Part shown: positions 48,961 through 59,049 of the stretch, in pieces | Layout of the letters: each line of letters opens with the position of its first letter | Numbering within the stretch: position 1 is the first letter of the stretch | Source: Microgenomates group bacterium | GTDB lineage: Bacteria; Patescibacteriota; Microgenomatia; Daviesbacterales; UBA10151 | Direction: 5' to 3' | Length of the DNA: 64,000 bases | Assembly (NCBI GenBank): GCA_041659805.1 | Contig: JBAZXP010000001.1 | Location: forward strand, 576,589-640,588 | Position numbers and translations under genes: made by a program | Notes under the pieces: generated by a model | Told to the model about the DNA's origin: nothing | Database searches by the model: none | Seen by the model: the letters and a program-made list of their open reading frames with translations, nothing else

Positions 48961-49974
48961 ATGACAGAACTTTTGGGTTTAATAATTATATCCTTTTTTA
49001 CAACAAGTTTTTTCTTACTTCCATATATTGATTTGCTTTACTATTTCAGAGCAAAAAAGATTAGTGTTTCACAGATTTCTGCTGATATAAAATCAAATAC
49101 GCCAATCCATGATAAGTTAATGAAAAAAGATTTTGGAACGCCTGTCGGTGGAGGAATTTTGGTTATTCCTGTGGTAATAATTTTAAATCTTTTAGTTTTT
49201 TCTTTTACACATCTAAAAATTAACTGGGAAATTATCGTTATTTTCTTTACAATGTGTACTTTTGGTACTCTTGGATTAGTAGATGATTTAAGGCATATTT
49301 ATTCAAGTACTTTGGGGAAGTTTAAAGGTTTGTCTACAGCAAAGATACTTCTTTTTCAGGTTGTTTTTGCACTATCTGTTGCTTTATTACTTTATTTTAA
49401 AGTCGGTCTTAATAATATCTATATTCCTGTTTTTGGTAATATTATTTTAGGTTGGTGGTATATTCCGCTTGCTGTTTTTGCAATCGTTTCTTTTACAAAT
49501 GCATATAATATTTCTGATGGATTAGACGGCTTATCGACAGGGCTTTTGACTATTTGTTTGTTTGCGTTTCTTGCGCTTGTTAATTCTGTCTTTGATCAAA
49601 ATTTAGCTATTTTTGTCGGTATTTGGATTGGAGCTTTAATTGCATATTTATACTTCAATGTTTTCCCTGCCCGTATATATTTAGGGGATGCCGGTGCTTT
49701 TAGTTTTGGTGCAACATTGGCAGTAGTAGGATTGCTTACCGGTAAAATTTTAGCGCTGGCGGTAATTGGGGGAATTTATATTGTTATAATTCTTTCCTCG
49801 TTGCTTCAAATATTATCCAAAAAAATATTTAACAAAAAAATCATGCCTGTTGCTCCGATTCATATGTATTTTAAATATATTGGCTGGGAAGAACCAAAAA
49901 TCGTAATGAGGTTTTGGCTGGCCGGATCGATGTTTGCTATCTTTGGTTTATGGTTAGCTTTACTCTCTAAGTAG
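48961..49974 (+). CDS. mraY: Phospho-N-acetylmuramoyl-pentapeptide-transferase
   Basis: KKDFGTPVGGGIL, NAYNISDGLDGL and GDAGAFSFG motifs. ~10 TM helices. Confidence 0.9.
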   Translation: MTELLGLIIISFFTTSFFLLPYIDLLYYFRAKKISVSQISADIKSNTPIHDKLMKKDFGTPVGGGILVIPVVIILNLLVFSFTHLKINWEIIVIFFTMCTFGTLGLVDDLRHIYSSTLGKFKGLSTAKILLFQVVFALSVALLLYFKVGLNNIYIPVFGNIILGWWYIPLAVFAIVSFTNAYNISDGLDGLSTGLLTICLFAFLALVNSVFDQNLAIFVGIWIGALIAYLYFNVFPARIYLGDAGAFSFGATLAVVGLLTGKILALAVIGGIYIVIILSSLLQILSKKIFNKKIMPVAPIHMYFKYIGWEEPKIVMRFWLAGSMFAIFGLWLALLSK

Positions 49975-50012
49975 ATATATTTTTTGAGATTTGTGCAGGT
50001 AAAAATATTACA

Positions 50013-51113
50013 ATGAGACATTTACGTTCACTACCACAAAATAAAAAAATCGACATTATTTTATTAATTACCGTGATCCTTTTGTGTTTACTGGGACTTC
50101 TGGCAGTATTTGATGCTTCACAGTTTCAGGCTTTTCAGGAATTTGGTGACAAAATGTATTTCATAAGACAACAACTGATTTCTGCGGGAATAGGGTTTAT
50201 TTTTCTTACCTTTTTCGTCTTTTTTGATTATCACAGGTTGGAAAAAATTGCTTTGCCCCTTTTATTATTTTCAATTTTACTGCTTATTTTAGTTTTTGTT
50301 CCCGGTTTTGGGGTATTGGCAGGAGGAGCTCATCGTTGGTTGAAATTCGGAGGTTTTACCATTCAACCTGCTGAGATAATAAAACTTTCGTCAATCATAT
50401 ATCTTGCATCTGTTTTTCAGAAGGCCGCAAATACAAAGATATTCATAACAGTATTTAGTATCGTGGCAATAATAATTGGTGTTTTTCAAAAGGATTTGGG
50501 TTCAGCTATTGTTTATAGCCTGATTGTTTTTTCATTATATTTTATCGCCGAAGCGCCGATTTCTCATTTTTTAGGTTTATTTTTTATCGGAATTAGCGGA
50601 GCTGTTGCATTTATAATCACTGCGCCATACAGAGTTCAACGTGTTTTGGCTTTTATGGATCCATTCGCGGATACGCAAGGTTTTACATACCATATTTCAC
50701 AAGTTCTGATTGCAATTGGTTCGGGAGGGCTGTTGGGCCTTGGGATTGGTCAATCCAGACAAAAATTTTCATATATTCCGGAGGTTACTACTGATTCAAT
50801 TTTTTCAATTATCGGCGAGGAAATCGGCTTCATCGGATGTCTGCTACTCATATCAATAATCGGACTTTTAATACACAGGGCATTTAAAATAGCAGAAAAT
50901 GCATCTGATAAATTCGGAAAATTTTTGGCAGTTGGTTTGGTTGTTTGGTTGGGGTCGCAAACAATTGTTAATTTAGCAGCAATGGTTTCATTGTTGCCGC
51001 TTACAGGAGTCCCCTTACCTTTTATTTCATATGGTGGATCAGCACTCATTGCAAATCTCGTGTCAGTTGGTATATTACTTAATATATCTAAACAAGGACA
51101 CACACATAGATGA
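50013..51113 (+). CDS. ftsW: SEDS-family peptidoglycan glycosyltransferase FtsW
   Basis: 366 aa, 10 TM helices. Conserved SEDS loop FGGFTIQPAEIIKL and C-terminal LPLTGVPLPFISYGGSA. dcw position after mraY. Confidence 0.8.
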   Translation: MRHLRSLPQNKKIDIILLITVILLCLLGLLAVFDASQFQAFQEFGDKMYFIRQQLISAGIGFIFLTFFVFFDYHRLEKIALPLLLFSILLLILVFVPGFGVLAGGAHRWLKFGGFTIQPAEIIKLSSIIYLASVFQKAANTKIFITVFSIVAIIIGVFQKDLGSAIVYSLIVFSLYFIAEAPISHFLGLFFIGISGAVAFIITAPYRVQRVLAFMDPFADTQGFTYHISQVLIAIGSGGLLGLGIGQSRQKFSYIPEVTTDSIFSIIGEEIGFIGCLLLISIIGLLIHRAFKIAENASDKFGKFLAVGLVVWLGSQTIVNLAAMVSLLPLTGVPLPFISYGGSALIANLVSVGILLNISKQGHTHR

Positions 51114-52240
51114 AAACAATTATTACAGGAACACACCTAACGCCGTCTTTAGCAGTTATAGAAGAATTAAAGAAAGTTTCCGGTATGGAAGTAACTTATT
51201 TTGGCAGGTCCTCTACCATGGAAGGGGATAGGACAAAATCAGTAGAGTCTCAGGTTTTGTCAGGCCTTGGTATAAGATTTATATCCGTTACTTCAGGAAG
51301 ATTGCAACGGTCTTTTACTATTCACACGATTCCATCATTACTCAAAATTCCGATTGGTTTTTTGGAAGCACTTTATTATTTATTCGACGAGGAGCCAGAT
51401 GTTGTTTTATCAATGGGTGGGTATACATCTGTTCCAGTAGTCTTCGCGGCCTGGCTTCTAAAAATTCCGGTAATAATCCATGAGCAAACTCTAGTTCCTG
51501 GATTGGCAAACACTATTAATAGTTGGTTTGCTGATAAAATTGCCATTTCATTTCCGGAAAATGTTTTTTATAAAAATAACAAAACGGTTTTAACAGGAAA
51601 TCCTTTAAGAAAAGAGGTCCTAAACCCTCAAAATACAAAAGATGAGGAATTAAAAAAAATTGTTGAGACATCTTTGAAAAATAAACAGCCCTTAATACTA
51701 ATTACAGGAGGGAATCAGGGATCACATGCTATAAATCAGGCAGTTACTGATAATCTAAATGAATTAACTCAAAATTCTTATATTATTCACCAAACAGGTG
51801 ATTCTAAATTTGCGGATTTTGATAAATTGCAATCCTATAAAAAATCTATGAAAAATCCTGAAAAATATGTTGTTAGAAAATGGATCAACAGTGATGATTG
51901 GGGATTCTTGCTGAAGAAAGTAGACTTGGTTATTTCTCGGGCCGGAATAAATACACTACTCGAACTCAGTCTCTTTGCGATCCCGACTATTGCAGTACCT
52001 TTACCTGCTTCACAAAATAAAGAACAAGCAATTAATGCAGATTTTTTTGAAAAAGTCGGATTAGTTAAAGTTTTACTTCAAAATAATCTGAATAAAAATT
52101 TAACTAAAAATATTTTAGAAATTATAAACAACTTAGATGATTGGGAAAAAACAGCTAAACAGGCTTCAAAGCTGGTGATTCCTGATGCTGCAAAAAGATT
52201 AGCTCTGGAAATTGTGTTGCTGGCGAAGAAAAGGACATGA
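51110..52240 (+). CDS. murG: Undecaprenyldiphospho-muramoylpentapeptide beta-N-acetylglucosaminyltransferase
   Basis: GT28 two-domain pattern. C-terminal glycine loop ILITGGNQGSHAIN. 4-nt overlap with ftsW. Confidence 0.8.
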   Translation: MKTIITGTHLTPSLAVIEELKKVSGMEVTYFGRSSTMEGDRTKSVESQVLSGLGIRFISVTSGRLQRSFTIHTIPSLLKIPIGFLEALYYLFDEEPDVVLSMGGYTSVPVVFAAWLLKIPVIIHEQTLVPGLANTINSWFADKIAISFPENVFYKNNKTVLTGNPLRKEVLNPQNTKDEELKKIVETSLKNKQPLILITGGNQGSHAINQAVTDNLNELTQNSYIIHQTGDSKFADFDKLQSYKKSMKNPEKYVVRKWINSDDWGFLLKKVDLVISRAGINTLLELSLFAIPTIAVPLPASQNKEQAINADFFEKVGLVKVLLQNNLNKNLTKNILEIINNLDDWEKTAKQASKLVIPDAAKRLALEIVLLAKKRT

Positions 52241-53013
52241 AACTTAAGATTTTGATTCTTCTTTTGTCGATCCTCTTTATCATAATTATCTGGAGGCTAA
52301 ATATTTTATCAATTGAAAAAGTCAATGTTATAAACTTTGCAGAATGCGTGAGTGTTAATGATTTAAGTACAGAAATAAACCGTTTTGATAAAAATTCGAT
52401 TTTGATTAGTCCGGAAAGGTTGAAAAACGAGTTAAGTTCTAAATACAAATGTATAAAAGATATAAGCATGTCTTATGAATTTCCAAAAACAGTTAACGTT
52501 AATGTTTACGGCCGGAAATTTTTAACAAAGATCTATTCTGTGGAGACGCCTCTTAATCTGACAGATTTGGAAGCAAGCATATCATCTGAAACTTCTTTAC
52601 TTGATTGGAATTTTCCTCAAGAATCTTCTGAAGATGCATTTGTTACCGATGAGACGGGTTTTGTATTTACGAAGGTTAAACCGGAAACGTCATTACCGAT
52701 TTTATTTCTAAATGAAAATATTATTTTGGGTACTCAATTGGATCCTCCTATTTTTAAATCCATCGAGCAAATATTTTCGAAGATTTTAACATTGGCACCA
52801 ATTTCTTATCAGCCAAATTTTAAAGCAAAAAAATATAGCAATATATTATTAATTAATACTTCTCCAAAAGTTGCTTTTTCGCTAGAAAAGGACATTTTGA
52901 GGCAACTCGCCTCTTTACAACTAATCTTGCAAAAAGCTAAAATAGACGAGAGGGTGGCTGAATTTATTGACTTAAGATTTGATAAGCCAGTCGTGCAATA
53001 TCGCACAAAATGA
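52237..53013 (+). CDS. ftsQ: FtsQ/DivIB-like cell-division protein
   Basis: N-terminal TM helix (LKILILLLSILFIIIIW) followed by a POTRA-like region. Located between murG and ftsA. Confidence 0.55.
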   Translation: MKLKILILLLSILFIIIIWRLNILSIEKVNVINFAECVSVNDLSTEINRFDKNSILISPERLKNELSSKYKCIKDISMSYEFPKTVNVNVYGRKFLTKIYSVETPLNLTDLEASISSETSLLDWNFPQESSEDAFVTDETGFVFTKVKPETSLPILFLNENIILGTQLDPPIFKSIEQIFSKILTLAPISYQPNFKAKKYSNILLINTSPKVAFSLEKDILRQLASLQLILQKAKIDERVAEFIDLRFDKPVVQYRTK

Positions 53014-53035
53014 GTAAATAATTTGGGTAAAAAAT

Positions 53036-54337
53036 ATGGCTAAAGATAAAGTAATCTGTGCAATTGATGTAGGGTCTTCAAAAATCGCGACTTTGATTGC
53101 TTCAATAGGTGAAGATGAAAAAATTAATCTAATTGGAGTTTCTGCAGTAAATTCTAAAGGAGTTAAGAAAGGTCAGATAGTTGATATCGAAGATGCTGTA
53201 ACTGCAATTACGGAAAGCATCGAAGCTTCAGAAAGAATGGGTGGTTATTCCGTATCTTCAGTTTTTGTTTCAATCGGAGGGCCCCATATTGAAAGCATAA
53301 ACTCTCACGCTGTGGTGGCTGTGGCTAAACCTGAAGGAGAGATTGAAGAAAATGATATCTTGCGTGTTAATGATGCAGCCCGTGCAGTACCGTTACCAAC
53401 TTCAAAAGAAATTCTGCATGTTATCCCGCGGACATTTACCGTTGATGGTCAGGAAGGTATAAGAGACCCGATTGGGATGACAGGAGTGAGACTTGAAACT
53501 GATACACACATTATTACTGGATCCACAACTGCGATGAAAAATCTTATTAAGTGTATGGAGCTAGTAGGGGTGGGTGTTGAAGAGCTTGTTTTTACCGGAA
53601 TTGCTTCATCACATGCAGTGCTGACTGATACAGAAAAAGAATTAGGAGTAATTTTGGTTGATATTGGGGGTGAAACTACTGATATTGTAATTTATGTTGA
53701 TGGTGCAATAGCTTACTCTTCTGTTATACCAATTGGCGCAAGACACATAACTTCTGATTTGGCTGTGGGGCTTCGGGTCTCTTTGGAATCTGCAGAAAAG
53801 ATTAAACTTTATTTAGGAAAAATTAGTAAACAACCTACAATGCCTGAAGCAAGTGAGAAAGAAGACGATAGAAGGGGGCTCAGTAAAGCAAAAGAGGAGC
53901 CTCTGGATGTGAAAGCCTTAGGTATCTCTGAAGAAATTCAAAAAATCTCTAAAAAAGCTGTGGTTGATTCTATCATCAGACCGAGAGTCAGAGAGATTTT
54001 TGAGTTGGTAGGTAAAGAAGTTAAAAAGAGTGGTTTTGGAGCTCAAACTCCATCAGGATTAGTGATTTGTGGCGGAGGATCTTTAACAGTAGGACTCTTG
54101 GATCAGGCTAAATATGTAATGGGTTATCCTGCACGACTTGGAAAAGTAGAAGGGTTATCTGGTATGGTTGATGAGATTGATTCTCCTGTCTTTGCAACAG
54201 CAGCAGGGCTCATAATTTACGGGGCTAAAAACGACACCGGTTCTTCACAATTTAGTTTACCTGTTTTGGCAAAAGGATTACCTATAAAAGAGGTGGTACA
54301 AAGAGGAATTAATCTGATTAAATCATTCTTGCCCTGA
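53036..54337 (+). CDS. ftsA: Cell division protein FtsA
   Basis: Actin-fold motifs ICAIDVGSSKI and VILVDIGGETTD. 433 aa. Precedes ftsZ. Confidence 0.9.
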   Translation: MAKDKVICAIDVGSSKIATLIASIGEDEKINLIGVSAVNSKGVKKGQIVDIEDAVTAITESIEASERMGGYSVSSVFVSIGGPHIESINSHAVVAVAKPEGEIEENDILRVNDAARAVPLPTSKEILHVIPRTFTVDGQEGIRDPIGMTGVRLETDTHIITGSTTAMKNLIKCMELVGVGVEELVFTGIASSHAVLTDTEKELGVILVDIGGETTDIVIYVDGAIAYSSVIPIGARHITSDLAVGLRVSLESAEKIKLYLGKISKQPTMPEASEKEDDRRGLSKAKEEPLDVKALGISEEIQKISKKAVVDSIIRPRVREIFELVGKEVKKSGFGAQTPSGLVICGGGSLTVGLLDQAKYVMGYPARLGKVEGLSGMVDEIDSPVFATAAGLIIYGAKNDTGSSQFSLPVLAKGLPIKEVVQRGINLIKSFLP

Positions 54338-54352
54338 GTTTCTTAGCCGTTG

Positions 54353-54381
54353 TTGACGGTGGTGTATTTTATTGTTAGAAT
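54353..54381 (+). promoter_or_regulatory. Near-consensus sigma70 promoter for ftsZ in the ftsA-ftsZ spacer
   Basis: TTGACG (54353-54358), 17-nt spacer, TAGAAT (54376-54381), 30 nt upstream of the ftsZ ATG at 54412. Confidence 0.5.
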
Positions 54382-54411
54382 CTGCCCAAAGAGTGTGTAT
54401 AGGATAAATTT

Positions 54412-55599
54412 ATGCTTATTAAGCCTGATGTTCAAAAATTTGCAAAAATAAAAGTTATCGGTCTTGGTGGCGGTGGAACAAACGCTCTTTCTTCGATGAT
54501 AGCACTGCAACAGATACAGGGAGTGGAATTTATTGCCATCAATACTGATGCTCAGGCGTTACTCGCTAATCAATCACCCACAAAAGTTCAAATAGGAGAA
54601 GCTTTAACAAAAGGGCTCGGTTCCGGCGGAAATCCTGAAGTAGGTCGCCAGGCAGCTGAAGAATCAGCCCAAAAAATTGAAGATGTTATTGCTGACGCAG
54701 ATATGGTTTTTTTAACAGCTGGTATGGGTGGAGGAACAGGAACAGGATCAATTGCAGTGGCTGCACAAATTGCCCGTAAATTGGGGGCATTAACTGTAGC
54801 TGTTGTTACAAAGCCATTTAATTTTGAAGGAACCAGACGGATGATGGTGGCAGAAGAAGGTGTGGAAGAATTGCGCGATAAAGTTGACGCATTGATTGTT
54901 ATACCAAATCAAAGACTCTTGGAAGTTATTGATAGAAATATGTCTCTTCAGGAAGCTTTTAAGATGGCTGATAATGTTTTGGGTCAGGGGGTGCAGGGTA
55001 TTTCTGATTTGATTGTTATGCCGGGGCTCATTAATGTTGACTTTGCTGATGTAAAAACCATTATGACTGATGCAGGGTCTGCCTTGATGGGTATTGGTCA
55101 GGCTGGTGGTGAAAATAGGGCAGAAGTTGCAGCTAGGATGGCTATTGCTTCTCACTTATTGGAAGTATCAATCGAAGGAGCAAAAGGTGTGCTATTCAAT
55201 ATTGTGGGAGGGTCAGATCTTACAATGGAAGAGGTTGATAAAGCTGCTAAGATTATTTCTGCTGCAGCAGATCCTGACGCCAATATTATCTTTGGAGCAA
55301 CAATTAAGGATGATCAGGAACATTTCGATCAGATCAAGATTTCTGTTATTGCCACTGGTTTTGATCAAAATAGAGCACGGTTACGGGAATATGCCGGTAC
55401 AAATGCAGGCGTTAATCCTTTGCCACAGATGAATTTCAACCAGCCTCAACAGCAAAACCAGTATCAGGGTCAACAGGATCCTTCAAATGCACAGGATGAT
55501 GATCCACTGGTTTCTGAAGAATCTATGGTAAAAGAAGAGTCTGATGATGTAGATGAAAGCAGATTAGATATTCCCGCATTTTTAAGACGCAATAACTAA
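54412..55599 (+). CDS. ftsZ: Cell division GTPase FtsZ
   Basis: GLGGGGTNA and GMGGGTGTG tubulin signatures. T7 loop NVDFADV. Q/N-rich linker and C-terminal conserved peptide DIPAFLRR. Confidence 0.95.
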   Translation: MLIKPDVQKFAKIKVIGLGGGGTNALSSMIALQQIQGVEFIAINTDAQALLANQSPTKVQIGEALTKGLGSGGNPEVGRQAAEESAQKIEDVIADADMVFLTAGMGGGTGTGSIAVAAQIARKLGALTVAVVTKPFNFEGTRRMMVAEEGVEELRDKVDALIVIPNQRLLEVIDRNMSLQEAFKMADNVLGQGVQGISDLIVMPGLINVDFADVKTIMTDAGSALMGIGQAGGENRAEVAARMAIASHLLEVSIEGAKGVLFNIVGGSDLTMEEVDKAAKIISAAADPDANIIFGATIKDDQEHFDQIKISVIATGFDQNRARLREYAGTNAGVNPLPQMNFNQPQQQNQYQGQQDPSNAQDDDPLVSEESMVKEESDDVDESRLDIPAFLRRNN

Positions 55600-55620
55600 G
55601 TTTTTTGCTACAATATTAGT

Positions 55621-56178
55621 ATGCAACCCGGACAAATTATATTTCAGGGAAAGACCAAAAAGGATCTTGAGATTTTAGTGCGGTATCCTCAACAGGGAGA
55701 TGCACAATTGCTTTGTGATTATATAAATACACTTTCTTTAGAAAAAACATTTATCCGTTTTCAAGGCGAACAAGTAAGTTTAGAAGACGAACAAAAATAT
55801 TTGGATAATCAGTTAAAAGGTATAGGAGAGGGAACTGTTGCTATGTTACTTGTTTTTGATGGTATTAAATTAATTGCTGTTTCTGATATTAATATGAAGG
55901 ATAAAGCTGAGAAACACATTGGTTATTTCGGAATATCTGTTGCAAAAGAATACCGTGGAAAGGGAATAGGTGGTTTGCTGATGGATTTAGTAATCAAAGA
56001 AGCTGAAAAGAATCTTAAAGATTTAAAAATTATTGAATTAAGTGTTTTTAGCGACAACCCTGTAGCAATGTCTCTTTATGAAAAATTTGGGTTTCAAAAA
56101 TTTGGAATTTTACCAGAAGGAGTTTTGCATGCAGATGTTCCGGTTGATCATATCTACATGTATAAAAAAGTAGCTTAG
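55621..56178 (+). CDS. GNAT-family N-acetyltransferase
   Basis: Motif A region VAKEYRGKGIGGLLMD (R/QxxGxG/A). 185 aa. Confidence 0.7.
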   Translation: MQPGQIIFQGKTKKDLEILVRYPQQGDAQLLCDYINTLSLEKTFIRFQGEQVSLEDEQKYLDNQLKGIGEGTVAMLLVFDGIKLIAVSDINMKDKAEKHIGYFGISVAKEYRGKGIGGLLMDLVIKEAEKNLKDLKIIELSVFSDNPVAMSLYEKFGFQKFGILPEGVLHADVPVDHIYMYKKVA

Positions 56179-56220
56179 GAGCTAGTTTGATCCCATGTTT
56201 TTTGTTAGAATACTCCTATT

Positions 56221-59040
56221 ATGACAAAGTTCAAACAAGTTTCATCGCAAGTAGATTTTTTTGCCATCGAAGAGGAGACTCTTAAGTATTGGAAAGAAAA
56301 AAAGATTTTTGAAAAATCTATTTCATTGCGTCCGGAAGATAAAACCTGGAATTTCCTTGACGGTCCTCCTTTTGTAACAGGAATGCCTCATTATGGTTCG
56401 CTTTTATCGAGTATGCCAAAAGATTTATTCGGCAGATATTGGACTATGAAAGGTTATCGGGTAAGACGCGTTTGGGGTTGGGATGGACACGGTTTACCGA
56501 TTGAAAATAAGGTTGAAAGTAAACTTGGAATAAAACGCAAAAAAGACATAGAAGAAAAAGTTGGAGTGGACCGATTTGTTAAGGAATGTTTGGGATATGT
56601 AAATGAAATATCTTCGGAATGGCAGTGGTATATCGATCATATCGGGAGATGGGTAGATTTTGAAAATGCTTATAAAACCTGGGACATAAATTACATGGAA
56701 TCTGTAATGTGGGTTTTTAAGCAAATGTATGATAAAGATTTAATCTATAAAGGACTCCGCGTTTCACTTTATTGTCCTCATTGTGTTACACCAATTTCTA
56801 ATTTTGAGGTAGCGATGGATGTTGAAAATTATAAAAATGTTACAGAGCCAGCAACAACTTATAAATATCAGATAAAAGGCGAAAAAGATACTTACCTTTT
56901 GGCTTGGTCTACAACACCATGGAATAAATTAGCAACTCCAGCTTTGGCAGTTAATCCAAAGTTGGATTATGTAAAGGTGAAGCAAGGTGATAATTATTAT
57001 ATTTTGGGTAAGAAAACTTTGGGTATGTTAAAAGATGAACTATATAAAGTGGTAGAGGAATTTAAGGGAGAAAAGTTAGTTAATAAAGAATTTATTCCAA
57101 GCTATGATTATTACAAGATTGAAAAGGATAAAAGAGCTTTTGTTGTTATCCCTGGTGATTTTGTAACAGAAGAAGAAGGAACAGGAGTGGTTACTATAGC
57201 TGCATATGGTGAAGAAGATTTGGCAGTTATGAAAAAAGAAAATATTCAGATAGTCTTACATGTTGATGATGAAGGTTTTATAAAACAAGATGTACCAAAA
57301 TTTGGCGGGATGTATTATTTGGACGCAAATGAAGCAGTGAACAAAGATTTGGCAGATAGAGGCTTCGTGTATGATGAGAAATTATATACTCATTCCGTAG
57401 CACATTGCTGGAGATGCGCAACAAGACTTATTTATGCGCCAAAAGATGCGTGGTTTGTGAACGTTCAAACTTTAAAGCCAAGATTATTTAAAAATAACGA
57501 AAATATTAATTGGTTTCCAAAACATTTTAAACATGGTCGATTTGAAAAAAGTATGGAATCAGCTCCTGACTGGAATATTTCAAGAAATAGATATTGGGGT
57601 TCTCCTGTCCCTGTTTGGGAATGTGAGTGTGGAGAAAGAATTGTTCCTGGTTCTATTGCCGAACTTGAGAAACTATCTGGACAAAAAGTAACCAATTTAC
57701 ATAAGCCAGAAATTGATGAGGTGGAAATAATCTGCCCAAAGTGTGCTAAATCGGTTAAAAGAGTGCCCGAGGTGTTGGATTCGTGGATAGAAGCTGGAAG
57801 CGCATCATTTGCAGAAAGACACTTTCCTTTTGAAAACCAAAAACTTGAAGATTTTTTTCCACCCGATTTTATTGCAGAATATACCGGTCAAATCAGGGCC
57901 TGGTTTTATGTGATTCATGTTATCTCAACTGCCCTTTATGACGGTCCTGGCTTTAAAAATGTTTTAGTTGAAGGAGTTCTTTTGGGAAATGACGGAAGGA
58001 AGATGAGTAAAAATTATAGTAATTTTCCAGACCCCAAAAATTTAATTGAACAATATGGAGGCGATGCTCTCAGGACTTATTTAATGGGTTCTCCCTTGAT
58101 GAAAGGTGAGGATATAGATTTTGCAAATGATGGAGTTCCAGAAGTAACACGGGGATTTTTCTTAATATTGTGGAATTGCTATAAATATTTTATTGATTAT
58201 GCAATTACCTATGATTTTGACAAAGATAAATCTAATGTTAATTTTAAAGATTGTTCTATTTTAGATAAATGGATTCTAGCCCGTTTAGAGGAATTAGTTC
58301 TTCAACTCTCAGAGTCTTTGGAAAAATATGATACTTTAAATAGTGTAAGGTTGCTTAGAAGTTTTATCGTTGATGACTTTTCAACCTGGTATATTAGACG
58401 GAGTCGCGATAGGGTTAATAATAATTCAGAAAGTAAAGATCGGGATTTGACTTTAAGTGTTATGCATGCTGTTCTAGCTAAATATAGTCAATTATTAGCT
58501 CCCCTTGCACCTTTTATTTCCGAGGAAATATTTATGAACTTAACTGGGGAAGAGTCTGTTCATCTTTCAGATTTTCCAAGGCCAAATTTAGATTTAATTG
58601 ATGAAGAATTAATTTCACAAATGTCGATCTTGAGAAAATTTGCGGAGATGGGTCACGGTCAACGGAAAGACGCGGGGATAAAACTCAGACAACCCCTTTC
58701 AGGGTTTACTTATCATCTGAAAAATAAATTAGATGAAGATTTAGAAAAAATATTAGCAGAAGAATTAAATGTTAAAAAAATTACTTTCAAAAAATCTGAT
58801 GAAGTTAAGGGAAAAATAGAAACAAAAATTTCCCCTGAACTTCAGGCCGAGGGAGATACTAGGGAATTAATCAGACAGATTCAAAATCTGAGAAAAGAAC
58901 AGGGTTTAACGTTAAAAGATGAAATTAATATCACCTCGCTATTTATTCCGAAAGAAGAAGACCTTAAAAAATTAATTTTAAAACAGACAAATGCCAAACA
59001 GATTAAACTAGGCGATAAAGTAGAAATTGAAGTGTTGTAA
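56221..59040 (+). CDS. ileS: Class I aminoacyl-tRNA synthetase, most likely isoleucine--tRNA ligase
   Basis: HIGH-region PPFVTGMPHYGS, KMSKS-like GRKMSKN, editing/CP1 region and IleRS-like HCWRCATRLIYAP and LDSWIEAGS motifs. 939 aa. A ValRS assignment is not fully excluded. Confidence 0.6.
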   Translation: MTKFKQVSSQVDFFAIEEETLKYWKEKKIFEKSISLRPEDKTWNFLDGPPFVTGMPHYGSLLSSMPKDLFGRYWTMKGYRVRRVWGWDGHGLPIENKVESKLGIKRKKDIEEKVGVDRFVKECLGYVNEISSEWQWYIDHIGRWVDFENAYKTWDINYMESVMWVFKQMYDKDLIYKGLRVSLYCPHCVTPISNFEVAMDVENYKNVTEPATTYKYQIKGEKDTYLLAWSTTPWNKLATPALAVNPKLDYVKVKQGDNYYILGKKTLGMLKDELYKVVEEFKGEKLVNKEFIPSYDYYKIEKDKRAFVVIPGDFVTEEEGTGVVTIAAYGEEDLAVMKKENIQIVLHVDDEGFIKQDVPKFGGMYYLDANEAVNKDLADRGFVYDEKLYTHSVAHCWRCATRLIYAPKDAWFVNVQTLKPRLFKNNENINWFPKHFKHGRFEKSMESAPDWNISRNRYWGSPVPVWECECGERIVPGSIAELEKLSGQKVTNLHKPEIDEVEIICPKCAKSVKRVPEVLDSWIEAGSASFAERHFPFENQKLEDFFPPDFIAEYTGQIRAWFYVIHVISTALYDGPGFKNVLVEGVLLGNDGRKMSKNYSNFPDPKNLIEQYGGDALRTYLMGSPLMKGEDIDFANDGVPEVTRGFFLILWNCYKYFIDYAITYDFDKDKSNVNFKDCSILDKWILARLEELVLQLSESLEKYDTLNSVRLLRSFIVDDFSTWYIRRSRDRVNNNSESKDRDLTLSVMHAVLAKYSQLLAPLAPFISEEIFMNLTGEESVHLSDFPRPNLDLIDEELISQMSILRKFAEMGHGQRKDAGIKLRQPLSGFTYHLKNKLDEDLEKILAEELNVKKITFKKSDEVKGKIETKISPELQAEGDTRELIRQIQNLRKEQGLTLKDEINITSLFIPKEEDLKKLILKQTNAKQIKLGDKVEIEVL

Positions 59041-59049
59041 CTTCTAAGT

